Assembly (NCBI GenBank): GCA_013239625.1
Contig: MU053431.1
Location: 2,012,485 to 2,072,484, forward strand
Origin: Lama guanicoe
Taxonomy: Eukaryota
Reading direction: 5' to 3'
DNA length: 60,000 nt
The number at the start of each line of letters is the position of its first letter. Positions within the stretch are counted from its first letter, which is position 1. A model generated the notes under the pieces. The model searched no databases. It saw only the letters and a program-made list of their open reading frames with translations, and was not told the DNA's origin. Shown in pieces: positions 1 to 13,093 of this stretch. The translations under genes and the position numbers were made by a program.

Positions 1-59
1 CGCCCCAGCCCAGCTGGCACTTGGGACTCTTCTGCTGTGCCTGCCCTCCCTGGGCCCAT

Positions 60-330
60 CCCAGCGGAAGGGACGCCGTCAGCCCGAGCTCGGCTTAGTC
101 GGGAGCGAAGGGGCAGCAGGGAGGGAGCGAGGGCTGCGCGCCGGGGCGGAGGGAGCCTGCCAGCGCCCGGCGGCGGCAGAGCGCCCGCTGTCCCGGGTGC
201 CGCCCCGCCGCAGACGCGCGGGATGCCGCCGGGCCCCGCCCCCGCCGGCGTCCGCCTCCGCGGCCCCAGAGGCCAGATCCGCTCACCGCGGCGGCGCCAC
301 CTGGTGGGGATGGAAGACAGTTACAGCCGA
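60..330. promoter_or_regulatory. CpG island (possibly continuing beyond the window start) with GC boxes
   Basis: Very high GC and dense CpG; Sp1-type GGGGCGG at 143-149 and CCCCGCC at 203-209 and 234-240. Confidence 0.75.
294..307 (-). promoter_or_regulatory. CTCF core motif
   Basis: Reverse complement CCACCAGGTGGCGC matches CCASYAGRKGGCRS at 14/14. Confidence 0.65.
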
Positions 331-3300
331 CCTGCCTCCAAGTTTTGAAATCAGGCAAACGTGAGCGACTTTTCAACACCGGACGGGAGCTCAGAATTAT
401 TCCACATTTTCTGGATAAGGTGAGCCTCTAGAATGATGTGAAAATCAGAGTGTGCAGCATAAAGACGTTAATTAGCAAAAAACTACTGCCACACGCACGC
501 ACACAGCATCTCCCGACGAGATAGAAGAGGCTTTGAGTCTGTCCCAGGTGGGGTCGGGACCCCCGGGGATCACGCCCCTGGGACTGGCGCTGTGGCTCTG
601 GAGTCCCCAGGCTGCTGGAATGCTGGCCAGCGCCAGCCACGGTGTCGTCCTGGCGTCACTGGCGGCAGGGCCCCTGCCCCGTGGGAAGCAAACCCCCGCT
701 GGGGGGCACAGTTCGGCTCATAACCGGAGGCCTGCACCACAGTGGGGTGCGCACCCCTCCCCTTAACAGGGGTGGCTGGTGTGGCTGCACAGAGACAGAC
801 TGAGTTAATTTGATGTCATTGGATCAGGCATACGGTTAGCGGAGGACGCTGGTGGGGGGGCAGGTGAGCCAGTGCCCCAAGGCTGGCGCGCACACCCACT
901 CTCTGGGGCTCCGCTGGAGTCCCGTTTTCCTCTGTCCTCCTCTCCCAGCACCGTGTCCTCTGATGAGGAGGGAGTCGGGCACCTCCCCTTCTCTCTCCCT
1001 CCTGACACTCCGGAACCCGCTGTGAGGCATGGCCAGCATCCTTCCCCTGGACCAGGGTGTGGGCTGTTGGGATGGAAGTGTCGACGTGCAGCTTGTGACC
1101 CCCTGCCTCCCGCAGCCCCGCCCCCAGGACCTCTGCTCTGGGTGCCCCCTCTCCCAAGGGCCTCTGATGCCCACCGGGTGCAGGAGTCAGGGCAGCAGCT
1201 CGCCTAGTCTGGCGCCTGGGATGCAGGGCCGGCAGGCTGGCCAGGTGGAGCTGGCTCCATGGAGCCTCGCCCTGGGGGGTGGGGGGTGGGGTGCGGCCCC
1301 CTGTGGCTGGGCCTGCCCTGAGGGAGTCGGCCCTGCCGCTGAGCTTCCTGAAAACGGGCCGAGCTCCCCTGTCTGCTCTGCGGGCTGCTCCGGGGTTGGG
1401 GGGGAGCTGGGATGCTCTCCTTTCAAAAATGACTTCTGCATTTTTAGGAAGCTCGACTCAGAATCAACGGGGGAACCGGATCCCACAGATGCAGCCGCCC
1501 TAGTCTGAGCATCTGAGCGGGAGGCGTGGGGCTGCTTTTCTGTCCGTGATGGTTTCCATTCTCTCTGGTGAAGGTTCTGGACGCTTCCCGCTCTCCGAGC
1601 CTCTCGCACTTTTTCTGCGGTTCAGGCTCACAGACCTGCCCGCACAGGCCACCTCCCCATCCTGGCTGAACAACAGGGCCGCTGGCACATTTAGATTCCG
1701 CCCCCACGCACCCCGCTGGACATGGCGCCCCGAGGGGCAGCGTCCAAGAGCTTGCTGTGCGTGGGGCCGCCCCAGGCCGGGGACGCGGGCAGCCGGTGGG
1801 GCCCGTCCCTCTGCCAAGCTCCCCCTGGCCCAGGTTCCCCTGCAGCCGCCAGCCGCCGCATCGTCTGTGCATCCTGGTTGAGATACTGCCGATTTTCTCT
1901 GGTCCAGCAGGGGGCCAGTCAGAGGCTGTTTGAGCACAGAGGCAACGAGGGAAATAAATATTTCATGGTCTGGACCAGTCAGTGCGGGAGGAGGTCAACA
2001 GTGGCATCGTGATTAAGTGCAGGCCTTCCCACCATGGGGCCCCGTCCGCCTTCTGCTTCCTTGTCTTGCTCATCCTTTTAGGGCAAGATTGCAAACTGCC
2101 AAGCTGCAGCTGGGGGCAGAGTCGGTGCCTACGGAGAGCTTGCGAGGGCCTCTGGAGAGGTGCTGGGGGCTGTCCGTGGCAGGGGAGGGAGCTGGACCCG
2201 AGGCAAGGCCTGGGCTGGGTCGAGGCTGCAGCCTGGGACCTGGAGACCCTGCAGGGCCAACGCTTGGTCCTCAGCTTGGGGGCCAGCCCACAGGTGGCGC
2301 CCTGAGCAGGTGAGCGGGCTCCCTGGCCTGGCCCAGCCTCCAGCCCCTTGCCGACTGCTCTGAGAGGAAGAACCTTCTAGGAGGTTCAGTCAGGACCACT
2401 GCTCCTTGCTCCATGGCTCCTCTAAGGCCATGTACTGTCTGGCCAAGTCACTGGCATCTGCCCTGCCCCACTTCTCCAGGGTCACAGCCCCAGTGACCAG
2501 CAGGAATCCTACAGCCAGCAGCACCTTCCACTGTGGCCAGTGCTGGGAAGATGCCGGAGGTGGGTGGGGGGAGCCTGAGCAGCCGGGGAGGCCGGGCTCC
2601 CACAGGAGGCACCCCTTAAGCTGGGCGTGAGAGGTCAGGAGGGCTGACGGGCTTTGGGAGCCAAGTGGAGCCTGGGCAGGTGATGCCTCGCTGAGCCTGG
2701 GCCACCCCAAGGGGTGGATCTGCAGAATGAGCCCCTGCACATGGGGGCTCGTGGTGGGCGCCCAGTGTGTGTGTGAGGTCTGTGCGGCATCACTGAGATT
2801 CCGGGACCAGGGACAGTGGTCAGATGTGAGGCCACCTGGCTCCCCTCTCAGTAAACTGCACGTGGGGCTCCCCACACAGGCTGCTCAGAGGTGCTGGGGG
2901 CCTCGGAGCCTGGACGGCCCAGGCAGTGGAGGGCAAGGGCTGTCGAGAGGCCCGGGTTTGCTTCTGGGCAGCTGGTTTGTGTGGAGCAGCACGGGGCACC
3001 CCGAGCCACCCTCATGGAGTCCATCCCAGCCTTTGTGGGGGGGTCCTCTGCCCCTCTCAGGGAAGAGGTGGACCGGCTCTCTCCTGGGGAAGAGGGGAGG
3101 GTGTGGCAGCCCCTCCTGGCCCCCCAGGTGGCTCTGGGGCAGTCCTTACGGTGCAGGCGGGGCGCATGGTGTGGTCGGGTGGGCTTCCCACGCCCTCCCT
3201 CAGGGCAGGGCCCAGCCACAGGGGGCGCTGTGGGGAGGAGAGAGAAATCCCTGTTTCCACCGTCGCTGCAGGTAGTGTGTCTCTGTTGGGGTCAGGCCTC

Positions 3301-3719
3301 CACAGCGCCCGGTCTCCCCAGCAGCCTCTCCCTCCGCCCACCACGGACGAGGGTATACAATCAGGAAGCAATGCGGGGAGGGGCCTCAGCAGACCCAGCA
3401 GGAGTTTGGGGGAGCAGGGACCCCAGTCCCTTCCTGGGGACACGAGTTTATAAGATGATGTAGGTGAGGGGAGGTTAACCCGCAAAAAGGAAACGTTGAT
3501 GGTGAGAAGATGCTGTGTGTGCCTGCGTGTGCGTGTGTGTCACGTGGCTTCTCGCCCCCAGGGGCTGCCTCTTCCTGCACTGCCGGCCTCCTGGTCCTGA
3601 CTCCCCTCCAGGGTACGGGTGCCCTTCCCCAGGGTGGGGGTCACGTCCATCTTCGTGGGGGCCAAGGCCAGCCTCACGGGCTGTGACCTGGGCAGCGAGA
3701 GGCCCCGGTTCAACGCTCT

Positions 3720-3900
3720 GCTGGAATCTTGAAATTCTTAATAATTTTGTCTTTGAACTTGTGCTTTAAAGTGACGTCAGCCATCTGCGCTGCCCACAGT
3801 CTCAGGCTGCAGAGAACAGCTACTTAATCAGACGTCCAATCGGAAGGTGCCACGTGATTATTCATGAAGTGTTTAATAATCTGGCACAGCCATTGCAGGC
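3720..3900. promoter_or_regulatory. Candidate enhancer (AT-rich island with CRE, CCAAT, E-box)
   Basis: TGACGTCA 3772-3779, CCAAT 3836-3840, CACGTG 3851-3856 and several TAAT cores in non-repeat sequence. Confidence 0.45.
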
Positions 3901-6239
3901 AGCGGCGTGGAAAGCGCGGACGTGGTGTTTAGACTGAACGTTTGCATCTGGTCATTGGCAGGAAAGAATCAAAAACAAATATGCCCCCCAACCTCGTCTC
4001 TCGATGGGCAGGGAGCCGGTGGCAGTGGGGAGGCTGCGCTGGCGCTACCTTGCAGCTGGGCCCGCAGCTCGCCTGGAGCCCGGGTGCCGAGCATCCTGCA
4101 GCCGGAGCCAGACGCAGCCCCGTCTGGTCTTCTTCGTCTTTGCTGCAAGCCCCGCAGGGGGCTTGGAATTAGACGATGGGTGTTCCTTCAGACCCAGAAA
4201 GCAGCGTGCTGTCGGGACCAAGGGCATTCCTGTGTGCGGATTCTGAAAACTCAAGGAGGCATAAACAAACTCAGAAATGCAATCCTCAGACAAGGACTGT
4301 GCAGAGTGGCTGCGCACAGCAAAGCCCCAAATTTTGTGCAAACTTCTTTAATGACAGGCCAGCCCAGATGTGCCCTCTGCCAGGAGACTGCTTGGCCCCG
4401 AGGTCGCCGGGGGGGGGTGTGCTCATCAGGGGAGCCGGTGTCCTGGGCCCCCAGCCCTCAGAGTGGCGATGGCTCCTGTGGCCGCCCCCACCCCACAGCA
4501 CCCCATCCCCTGCTTGGTGTCCAGCTCTCCCAGCTCCTCTGAAGCTGGGGCCCAAGCTACACATCCAGGGAGACTCTGTCCTCTTCACTGGAGCCTGATT
4601 GACCCAGGCGCCTCCACTCACTGCAGCCCCAACCCTCACCTGCCCCTGACACGCTCAAGCCGCATTTGGGAGCTTCCACTGGGGATGGATTAAGCGACGG
4701 CCCGTCTTTGCCATCTGAGCATTCCTGGGAGGGTCTCCTCCGGCCTCCTGGGTTTTCCTCAGCCCCCTCCCCTTCTTCTTTGTGAAGAAGAGCTCACGAG
4801 GGGACTTGCTGCCGGGAGACAGGAGGGCCAGCAGAGACTTGGCCGCGAAGGGAAAGAGTGAGAGTAAGGTGGGGGTGTTGCCCCCCCACCGTCGTAGCCC
4901 TGGGAGGGCCGTCGGCCAGCGCCCTGTTTTCCTGGTCACGGCCCCCCGCCGTGGCTCCCCCAGGACGACCCTGATGAGGGGAAGGATGCGCAGCGCATCT
5001 GCCCTGTGGGAGGAGAGCGTCTCTTTCGTGAGCCAGCGTGCAGAGCAGCCCCACAGGGGTTCCCAGCCCGGGCGTCATCTGGCCTTGATCTGGGCCACTT
5101 TCTCCTTGTACTACCTGCGTCCTCATGGCATCTGTAGGTGGCGGGGAGTGGGGCACATCCTCACCTGCATTTACTGAATGACTCCCCGACTCCAAAGGCA
5201 GCAGGGTGGGCTGCGGAGCACGGCCAGGGGCTTGGGCAAGCCACAGCCCGCCGAGGGGGGCACCGGGGCTGCCGTGCCTGCTGGGACAGGACATCGTGGA
5301 CGTGGGGGCGCCATCCCCAGAGGTCCGGGTTACAGGTCACTCAGGATGCGTGTGAGAACCCGCGGTTCTCTAGCGTGCTGTCTGTACTGCTGACGGCACC
5401 CTGCGGGGCAGGCTGTAGATCCTCGCCTCCCCCAGACGTGGGCTGCAAGGATGCGCACATGTAACCAAGGAGCCCGTGAAACCTGCAGTTTCCCCCCCAA
5501 GCCGGGGCGGGGGGGCGCGGTCACCGCAGATCAGTGTCCCACGTCTTCCCGATGCTGCAGAAGCCAGTGGAGCCCAGAAGCAGAAGGAAGCAGTGTCGCA
5601 CTCAGAGCTGGCGCCCGGTCTCAGCAGGGGTTCACCTGGAGAGAAATGAGGCCACGCTCCACGAATACTGCTTCCTTGGAAGTTCAGGTCCTAAAAACGC
5701 CACATTAACCCAGAACCTGAATGCCTCTTCAAACAGCCAGAGCACGCAGCCCTGCTGTCATTGGGCGCGTTTTCAGGAAGAGGGGGTGGGGGGGCCTGGG
5801 GGCGGTGAGGCGGCCGCGGGTGTCCCCTGGTCCTGCGCCCAAGCTGCTCTGTAGTTCTGCCGCGCTCGGAACCTCCGTGGGGACAGAGCACTCGGTTTGC
5901 CGCGGGGACAGCTCTGTAAGTGCGTGTCCATCTTAACAGCAGCGAGCCCACCACTGTCCCGGCAGTGATGCCCCAGAAGGAGCGGGGAGGCCCTGAAGCA
6001 CAGCTCACACCAAGCCCTGCTTTTCCTATCCCAAACACACAGAGGCTGCTGGGCCTGATCCCCAGACAAGTGCCCTGGATGGTTGATCTGCTGGGGCGGG
6101 CGGAAGTGGGGCCGGCACAGCCCTGGGGCCACCTCCTGGCGCCAGCTCTTTGGTGCCACAGGCGGCTCTCCGAGGCAGTTTCCACAAAGATGAGGCCAAC
6201 TGGGCGTGTCAGAGGGAGAGGGAAGTTCTTTGCCAGTCT

Positions 6240-6392
6240 GTCATTTTACAGCTAATTATTTAATTACCCTAATTTAAAGTTTTACTGAATTTAGCATCAA
6301 AACAAAAATCTTGATTGCCGCATCAGAAAGTAATAAAATAATTAGCTTATGTAGGGGTAACATATTAACTTGGTTGATTGCAAAGCATGATC
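6240..6392. promoter_or_regulatory. Candidate conserved non-coding element, homeobox-motif rich
   Basis: Abrupt AT-rich island with clustered TAATTA/TAATT motifs in a GC-rich background; no repeat recognised. Confidence 0.45.
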
Positions 6393-6752
6393 CCAGAGGG
6401 AACCCATGCTTGGAACATGTGGGCCGGTGACAGGGACCCCGGGGCACCCCACACACCAGGAGCAGGATTTAGGACGGGGCTTCTCCAAACTGAGTCACAG
6501 CCTCAGGATGCTCACATGAGTGGGTGATGCAAATCCTCCCTGACTTCGAAGCCCCACTCTATAGACGCTGATTGGGGCGCTGCACCGGGCGTGTTCCAAC
6601 CTGCCCACATGGACGGCTCTCTCCTCCCAGCTCTGGGAGGGACACACAAGGGCCATCATCCAGGGCACCCTCAGCTGGCCCCTGCCTGTCCTTCTGCCCG
6701 CTCCTCTAGGACCAGAGCATCTTTGAGGCTGCTCGGTCCCTGGGTGTGGTGT

Positions 6753-6825
6753 CACTGCCACCATCACCACCATCACCATTATCATCACCACCACCATCAT
6801 CACCATCATCACTGTCACCATCACC
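6753..6825. repeat. Imperfect (CAC/CAT)n trinucleotide microsatellite
   Basis: caccatcaccaccatcaccattatcatcaccaccaccatcatcacc... seen directly. Confidence 0.9.
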
Positions 6826-9800
6826 GACCAGTGCACACAACACCGTACTCTGAGAACTGTCATCTTGCTGCCCCTGTTTTATGTGAAGGGACCGTCAATG
6901 ACCGTTTCTCACAACCACCCTGATGTCCTGGCCTGAGGTCACCAGGCTCCAGCCCAGCCACCGGGCCCCAGAGTCTGTGCTTCTGACCAGGGCTGCCTCT
7001 CGGCAGGAGCGCCTCAGGGGGCGGTGGGGACACAGACGTGGAGGAGTGGGGTGGGAAAGAGGTGGGGAGGTGAGGGGGAGGCAGCACGGGATTGAGGAAA
7101 TGCCTGGGGGCCATGTGTGATGGGCCGGCTGATGGGAGGGTCGCGGGGAGAGGGGGAACTTGAGAGGACAGCTGTGGGGCAGCGTCCTGGCGGGGAGGGC
7201 TGTGGACCCCCTGTCCGGGTGTCCAGGCTAGAGACGGACACCTCGGTGAAGACGCCACAGCTGGGAGGGGTCGCTCGATCCGTGGATTAGCGCGTGGTGC
7301 GCATGTGTCTGTGCGCCTGTGAGGGCAGGAAATCCGAGGTGTTTGGCCCGTGGTGGACTGGCGACCGTGGAGGAGGTGGGCCCGGGCCCTTCTCTCGTGC
7401 CCCCCAACAGGTGGGGCTCCCAGAAGCTGAACGCCTGCCGGAGGCCGCACCCCCAGACCGCGCCCCCAGACCTCGTCTGGGCCGTGGGTGATGGGCACTA
7501 TCCCCTCCGGCAGGTGCCCTCCCTGCCCGCTTTGCTGAGTTGACGCCGTCTGTGGCCTGATTCTGCTGTCAGGGACAGGAACGCTCCCGTCCTGGACTAG
7601 GAGCTGGGACAGGGGAGGGTGCTGGGGTCCTGCACTCAGCAGGGGATCATGCGTCGTTGTCGGGACACTCGATCCAGCACTTGGCTGTCGGGACTCTCAC
7701 CTGAGCCCCCTCCTTCTGTGGTGCTGACTCAGATGTTGTGAATTGCTTGGAAAAACGAGGTCAGCTATAAGAGAAGAAGCAGGAGAGACGGTTTACTGAG
7801 AGAGCCGGGACCCACATCAGGGGAGAACGTCTTTGGAACGCAGTCACCTGCAGAGAAGCCTGCCCGCTTGTCCCCTGTGTCGTGGGCTTAACTGCAGGTT
7901 TTGGGAAGGCGGCGCCAGCCTCTTCCCACCACTGGCCCACAGAACCCGGAGCCTCCGCGCTCCAGTCTGGTCCCCTGACCCCCCCACAGCCGGCCCCGCC
8001 CCGTCACAAGCACCTCCCATCAGAAGAGCTGATGCCCTCCCAGACGGTCCCCCGTTCCCTTGTCCCCTTGTCCCCCTTCTTTGGCTGTCGTCTCCTGGAG
8101 ATGGACTTGGGAATTGGGATGGGTCCCTCCCCTGCAGGAGGCCTTGGGTGGGTCCTCATCTTGCTGAGCCCAGGAGGCCACGTTTTCCCCAGCAGTGACC
8201 TTATGCATCCCTGCCCTGCGTCCCCTGCTCCTGCACCACCTCTACCTGGGTCCCCACGTCCGACAGCCACACACTCGCTCCCTCCAGGCCTCCAAATGCC
8301 GCCTTCTCAGGAGGCTACCCTTGGCCACCGATTTAAAGCTGCAGCCCTGCCCACGTGCTGGCACCCTGGGCGTCAGCAGCAGCCTGGCCCTGTCCCACCT
8401 TCCCCTCTGCCGTGTCTCTAGTGCTTAGGGGCTCAGAAAGTGTTTGAGACAGAGCGAGTTCACCAACAAGCAAATAAGCCAGCTGGGCCCTGCCTGCAGA
8501 CGGGCCTCGGCCGGAGCACTGGGGGGCCCTGCCGAGAAGGGCCCTGGAGAGGGGGCAGGGGAGGGGGTGTGGCTGCCCGGAGGCCAGGGCACAGGGCAGA
8601 GCCGCTGGCAGAGCTTGGGCTTATGGGCCCCGGCCCTCGGAGAGGCGCAGCCAACATCAGAGACACAGGGAGGTCCAGACCTACCCCTCCTCCTTCTTTG
8701 TTGGGCCCTGTTGGCCAAACCCACCCAGAAGCCAGAGCAGGGGCACCTGCGATGCCCCCAGAGGCTGGCGCCCCCGGGGACCTCGAGGGCACCGGGTGCT
8801 GCTCTGGTCCCTCTTCTGGGCCCTGGACCTGTTTCTTCTCTTCCAGGCTCATGGGTGGCGGCTCTTCTCCTTGTTCTGGACCCTGAGAGGAGGGGGAGCC
8901 GGAGGTTCACGAGGGTCTCTCCCGTAGGAGAGGCGGCTGACCCCTCGCCCCCACGGGGACCCCGCTGGCGGCTGCCCTCAGGTCCTGAACTGCTTTGTCA
9001 CATCGGCGCTATTTTAAGTGCCTTTCGGATGTCGGGCCTAATTAATGAGAGGTTCTGAAAACAGTCAGGTTTCTGAGGGGCGTCCCCTGACACAGCCACA
9101 GGTCGGCTCAGAAGATAAGAATGGGGCGAAGGCCAGGTGGGACTGGGCCACAGCCGCAAAGAGACACTCACGTCCCTGAGCGCTGGGAAACGAGGACGCT
9201 TGGTGCCAGACTGCCTCCTGGTTAGGTCTGCATCAACTCCAGGGGGCCTGGTGGGGCAGCGTCCAGTCTAAAGAAGCCTCAGCCGTCAGAAGGAGAGAGG
9301 CCGGCTTTGTGAACAGAGACAGGCTGCCTGGAGCCGCCGCGGCCCCGCCGGCCCATCCGTGCGAGCCGCTCCCCTCTCCGCCTCGCCTCCCCCGGGCCAT
9401 CTCCTCCGTCCCCCCGAGGGGCAGCGTCTGGGGGCAGGGCTGCCTCATCACAGGAGGCTCCCTGGACAAGCTCGCGTTAATGACATGCTGCTGGGCTGAG
9501 GAAACTTGGTGCTCCATCTTTTCCAAATGAAGACTTTAACTGCCCCCAGATGGATGGCTCTGACAAGGTGTTTGGAAGGCAAAGAAAGTGGGAGCACACT
9601 GGTTTGTGGTGTGTGGACGCCGCCTCTGGGTCCCCGGCCCTCCGTGCGTGGACGCTGCACCTGTGCCCAGACACGGCCGTGCTGGCCGTGGTCTCGCTGG
9701 GTGCGGGCCCAAGGGCAGCCCTCCTGTCCAGAGCTTAGCTCTTCTGTGCGCCTCGGCGTCTGCGCCCCCCACCCGCGGGCCTGGCACTCAGCAGGCTTGC

Positions 9801-10014
9801 GGTAGGAAGGCAGCCCTGAGGGGTGCGAGGCAAGGAGGCCGGGGTCTCAGAGAACGGGAGCTCCAAGCTGAGCCCTGACGGCCCTGCTCGTGGAGGGCTG
9901 GGGGTGCTTTTGCTGCTCCCTCTGCCTGCAACAAGGTGGAGAAGCCTGGTGTGGGGTCTTCTTTCTGGCCCAGTGCACCTGGAGCAGGGCAAGGGGGGAG
10001 AGGTCCCAGAGCAT

Positions 10015-10330
10015 CTCGGGCAGGGTTCCCGAAGCAGACCCCAGACCGTGACTCGGGGACATGGGGTCGTTGAGGTGAACTCAGGAGGGCCTGCTGGGAG
10101 GGAGTGTGAGGAGGGCTCTCGGCCAGATCCCAGTGTGCCTCTGGGACGTGAACTGCATCAGGGTGGTCCTGCCTCGAGGTAGGGGGCGGGGCTGTGCACC
10201 CCCATCTCAAGAAGCCAGTGCCACCTGAGCCCAGGGGCATAACTTCCATGAATGTCCAGGCTAGTGGCCCCGTCAGCCAGGGCACTGCCGCCAGGAATGG
10301 GTCTGGGGAGACCTGCAGCGTCCCCCCACC
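10015..10330 (-). mobile_element. Degenerate ERVL LTR16-like LTR
   Basis: gggttcccgaagcagacccc...gtcctgcctcgagg...ggcataacttcc...ccccgtcagccagggca resembles the recalled LTR16 antisense consensus. Confidence 0.5.
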
Positions 10331-11057
10331 TGGTGGTCCACGCTCCCTGAGGGCCTCCCCCACCCACTGAAGGCAGCTACAGGGAGCTCCAGGCCAAAAG
10401 AGCGTGCATGTGTCCCCAGCAGGCGTCTGGTAGGAAGGACTCACCGCCCGGAAACGCCAGCCTTCAGGGGCACTCAGCTGGGCTCCGGAAGCGCCAGTCT
10501 CCTCCTGTCCCCAGCTGCAGATGGAGCCGCACCCTGACCCCGCCTGCCTGAGACCACGCCCCTAGAACTCGAAGGGGCTGCAGTGCCCTCCCCGCCACTC
10601 CCCACCCTCAGCCTTGACTGTCCTTGCCCCTCCCACTGTCCTGTCCCGCTGCCGGATCTGCTGCCTCCAGGTCCCAGCGACACCCCGTCCCCGGCCTGAG
10701 GCAGCACTGCAGGTCCTGCAAGATGGTCTTGAAAATGCACTTGCAGAAAATCGTCGTGTTTTGGATTCTCTAGAGACATGGCTCTTGAAAGGCATTCTAA
10801 GGTGGGTCATTTTGAAGCTGGACCCCCTCACCACCTGGCAAGAGCGGAGGCGCCCGAGACCCGGCAGGCGCTGGCGGCGAAGGCTGGATTCCCCAGCATC
10901 ACGAGCACCCTCGGCATCGCACGTGTTTATTCTGAGTTTTGGAAAAGTTAAGCTCAGACAGCAGGCCTATGAGTTCACAGGTCCTTGTGCAACGGTCAGA
11001 GGCTAACAGAGGGATTCGCATCAGTCCACGCGTTTAGCCTAAAACCCCCGCTGCAGG

Positions 11058-11630
11058 CTCGGGCTGGGCTGCCCTGGAAGCAGACCTTGAAACAAGGCTG
11101 CTGCAACACGTGACTCCAAACTGGGCCGCTTAAAACACCAGAGGCAAACTCCCCCCCAGTTCTGGAGGCCAGGAGTCAGAGATCAAGGTGCCTCCGGGCT
11201 CCGGAGAAAGTGTTCCGGGCCCCTCCCCCAGCTCCTGGTGTCGCTGGAGACCCTTGGGGTCCCTGAGCTTTAGAAACTCACCCCATCTCTGTCTCTGCCT
11301 TTAAGCGGCCCTTTTTCTGTGTCTGTTTCTGCTTCTCCTTGTCTTAGAAGGACACACGTCACTGGGTTTAGATTCAGAGCCAGGAAGATCTGTCTGGAGA
11401 TCCTTACTTTAACTACACCTGCAAAGACCCTTATGACAAAGGAGGTCATGTTCTGAGGTTCTGGGTACACGTATTTTGAGGGGGCTGCTATCCAACCCAT
11501 TACAGGAGGACAACTTGTTTCTTTTGGAGGTAACCCCTAGGGTGCCAGGACCCAAGTAGACAGTGAGAATGGTGAACTCTGAACAGTGTGGTCAGTGAGC
11601 AGGTCACTGCCACGGCCGCAGGACCGACAG
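11058..11630 (-). mobile_element. LTR16-like remnant split by the MLT1 insertion at 11096-11504
   Basis: ggaagcagaccttgaaacaagg before the MLT1, and ttgtttcttttggaggtaaccc...gagcaggtcactgcc after it. Confidence 0.35.
11096..11504 (-). mobile_element. ERVL-MaLR solo LTR, MLT1 (MLT1C-like)
   Basis: Hallmarks cttaaaacacca, cagttctggaggccaggagtcagagatcaaggtg and acacctgcaaagaccctt; the minus strand starts TGTAATGGGTTG. Confidence 0.85.
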
Positions 11631-11940
11631 CAGAACATGGCCCGCAGCCACAGTCACTCTCCTGCCCTGTGATGATGCTGGTGTATGGCGCTTGTGTCCT
11701 GAGCATCCCTGCAGGCCCTCCCCTTCCCTCCCTGAGGGGACACACCTGCCTTTCCCTTCCAGGGACAGAGTGCCTCCTCCATCAGCCTGCGCTCCGCTGT
11801 CCTGCACTCAGGACCCCGCGGGTCTGTCTCAGGACCGTCCAGACAGGCGGCCTTCTCCCTCCAGTGCTGGGGCGCCTCCAGGCAGGTCTTCCCACGTCCA
11901 GCTGCGCTCATGCACCACTTCCCCGAGACGCGAAGGGGGA

Positions 11941-12210
11941 TCTATTTTGTTTGTTAAAAGCTGATTATCATAGATAAATGTATCTAATTAGTCTCATTTG
12001 CTGACACCAAGCCTTTAATTGTAAGTTGAGTAATTAGACATATCTGCATATGCACATGGCACAGCGCTCCCCTGTGTCAGTCTTGAACCTGATTCCTCCA
12101 GAGACAAATAGTTCTCTCCATTTCAGGAGAGAATGTGATATATTAATTTACATCGACAAATAACGATTGAGAGCCAGTGACTCTCTTGTTTGTTTACATA
12201 AAGCGGTAAC
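11941..12210. promoter_or_regulatory. Candidate conserved non-coding element / enhancer
   Basis: AT-rich island with two TAATTA sites, TTAATT and forkhead TGTTTAC at 12191-12197. Confidence 0.5.
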
Positions 12211-12969
12211 AGGAGAACCAGGAGCCATGACATGGTGAGGGAGCATCTGGGGGACACTGATGCTCGGGGTGGGGGGGCCCAGGAAGCCTCCCAGGGGGTA
12301 GCCCCCCAGCAGGGGCTTCCTGGGCCCCCTCCCGACTCTGCCCCAAGCTCAGCTGCCCACTCCCGCTGGGTGACGGGGGTATGGGGGTTAGGGTGCTCAA
12401 GGGCTGCAGCCTGGCCCCATGCGTGTGGTGGTGGGATCCCTCCCCAAGGCTGTGAGCCGCACACTAATGGGGCTGCTGGCTGCGGGTCAGGGGCCTCGGC
12501 TTCAAACAGCTCTGTGGCCTGCCCTCCCCATCCAGGCTGGGCCAGCTGCCACCCTCCCCGAGGGGTGTGAGCACTGGGGGCCCAGGGTCGGATGAGGACC
12601 TGGGTTGCCCCCTCTGTGTCAGGGCCCCCTGGCCTCTGCTTTTGGCTGAGCCCACTGACTCCTCCATGACTGGATGGAGGAGCCCCAGGTGGCCACTCCC
12701 AGGTGACTACCGCCAGTGCCCTCCAGGTCCATTTGAGGATGTGGCCTGCAGAGCACTCAGGGCACTGGCCTGCGGGGAGGAGGGGGCAGTGCTGCAGACA
12801 GCGTCCAAGCAGAGTTAAGCCTCCTCCCCTCCCCCTCCCCAGGCCTGGTGGCACATGGGCTTCGCAGGGGAGGCCGAGCGTGAGGAATTTGGCTCAGCGG
12901 TAGGAGGAATGCACATTCCCTGCCTTCCAGAAGGCCCTCGCCGCCGCAGCCCCTCCACCCCACCCTCTG

Positions 12970-12983
12970 GTTGCCATGGCGAC
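12970..12983. promoter_or_regulatory. RFX X-box
   Basis: GTTGCCATGGCGAC, 13/14 to the palindromic X-box GTTGCCATGGCAAC. Confidence 0.6.
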
Positions 12984-13079
12984 CAGCTCGGTAATGCTGA
13001 CTGGAGCTGACACCGTCCCAATTCGCCTGTGGTCCCCTCCCTCTCCTGCCCCCAGCCTGGAGCGCAGGGGCCTGCAGGG

Positions 13080-13093
13080 CCAGCAGAGGGCGG
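13080..13093 (+). promoter_or_regulatory. CTCF core motif
   Basis: CCAGCAGAGGGCGG matches CCASYAGRKGGCRS at 14/14. Confidence 0.55.

Noticed and set aside
1904..2300. Weaker CTCF-like matches (1904-1917, 2287-2300; also 24850-24863)
   Set aside because: Only 12/14 matches, which is expected by chance at this GC content
6591..6923. ORF with a long poly-histidine run
   Set aside because: The His run is the translation of the (CAC/CAT)n microsatellite; there is no domain and no exon context
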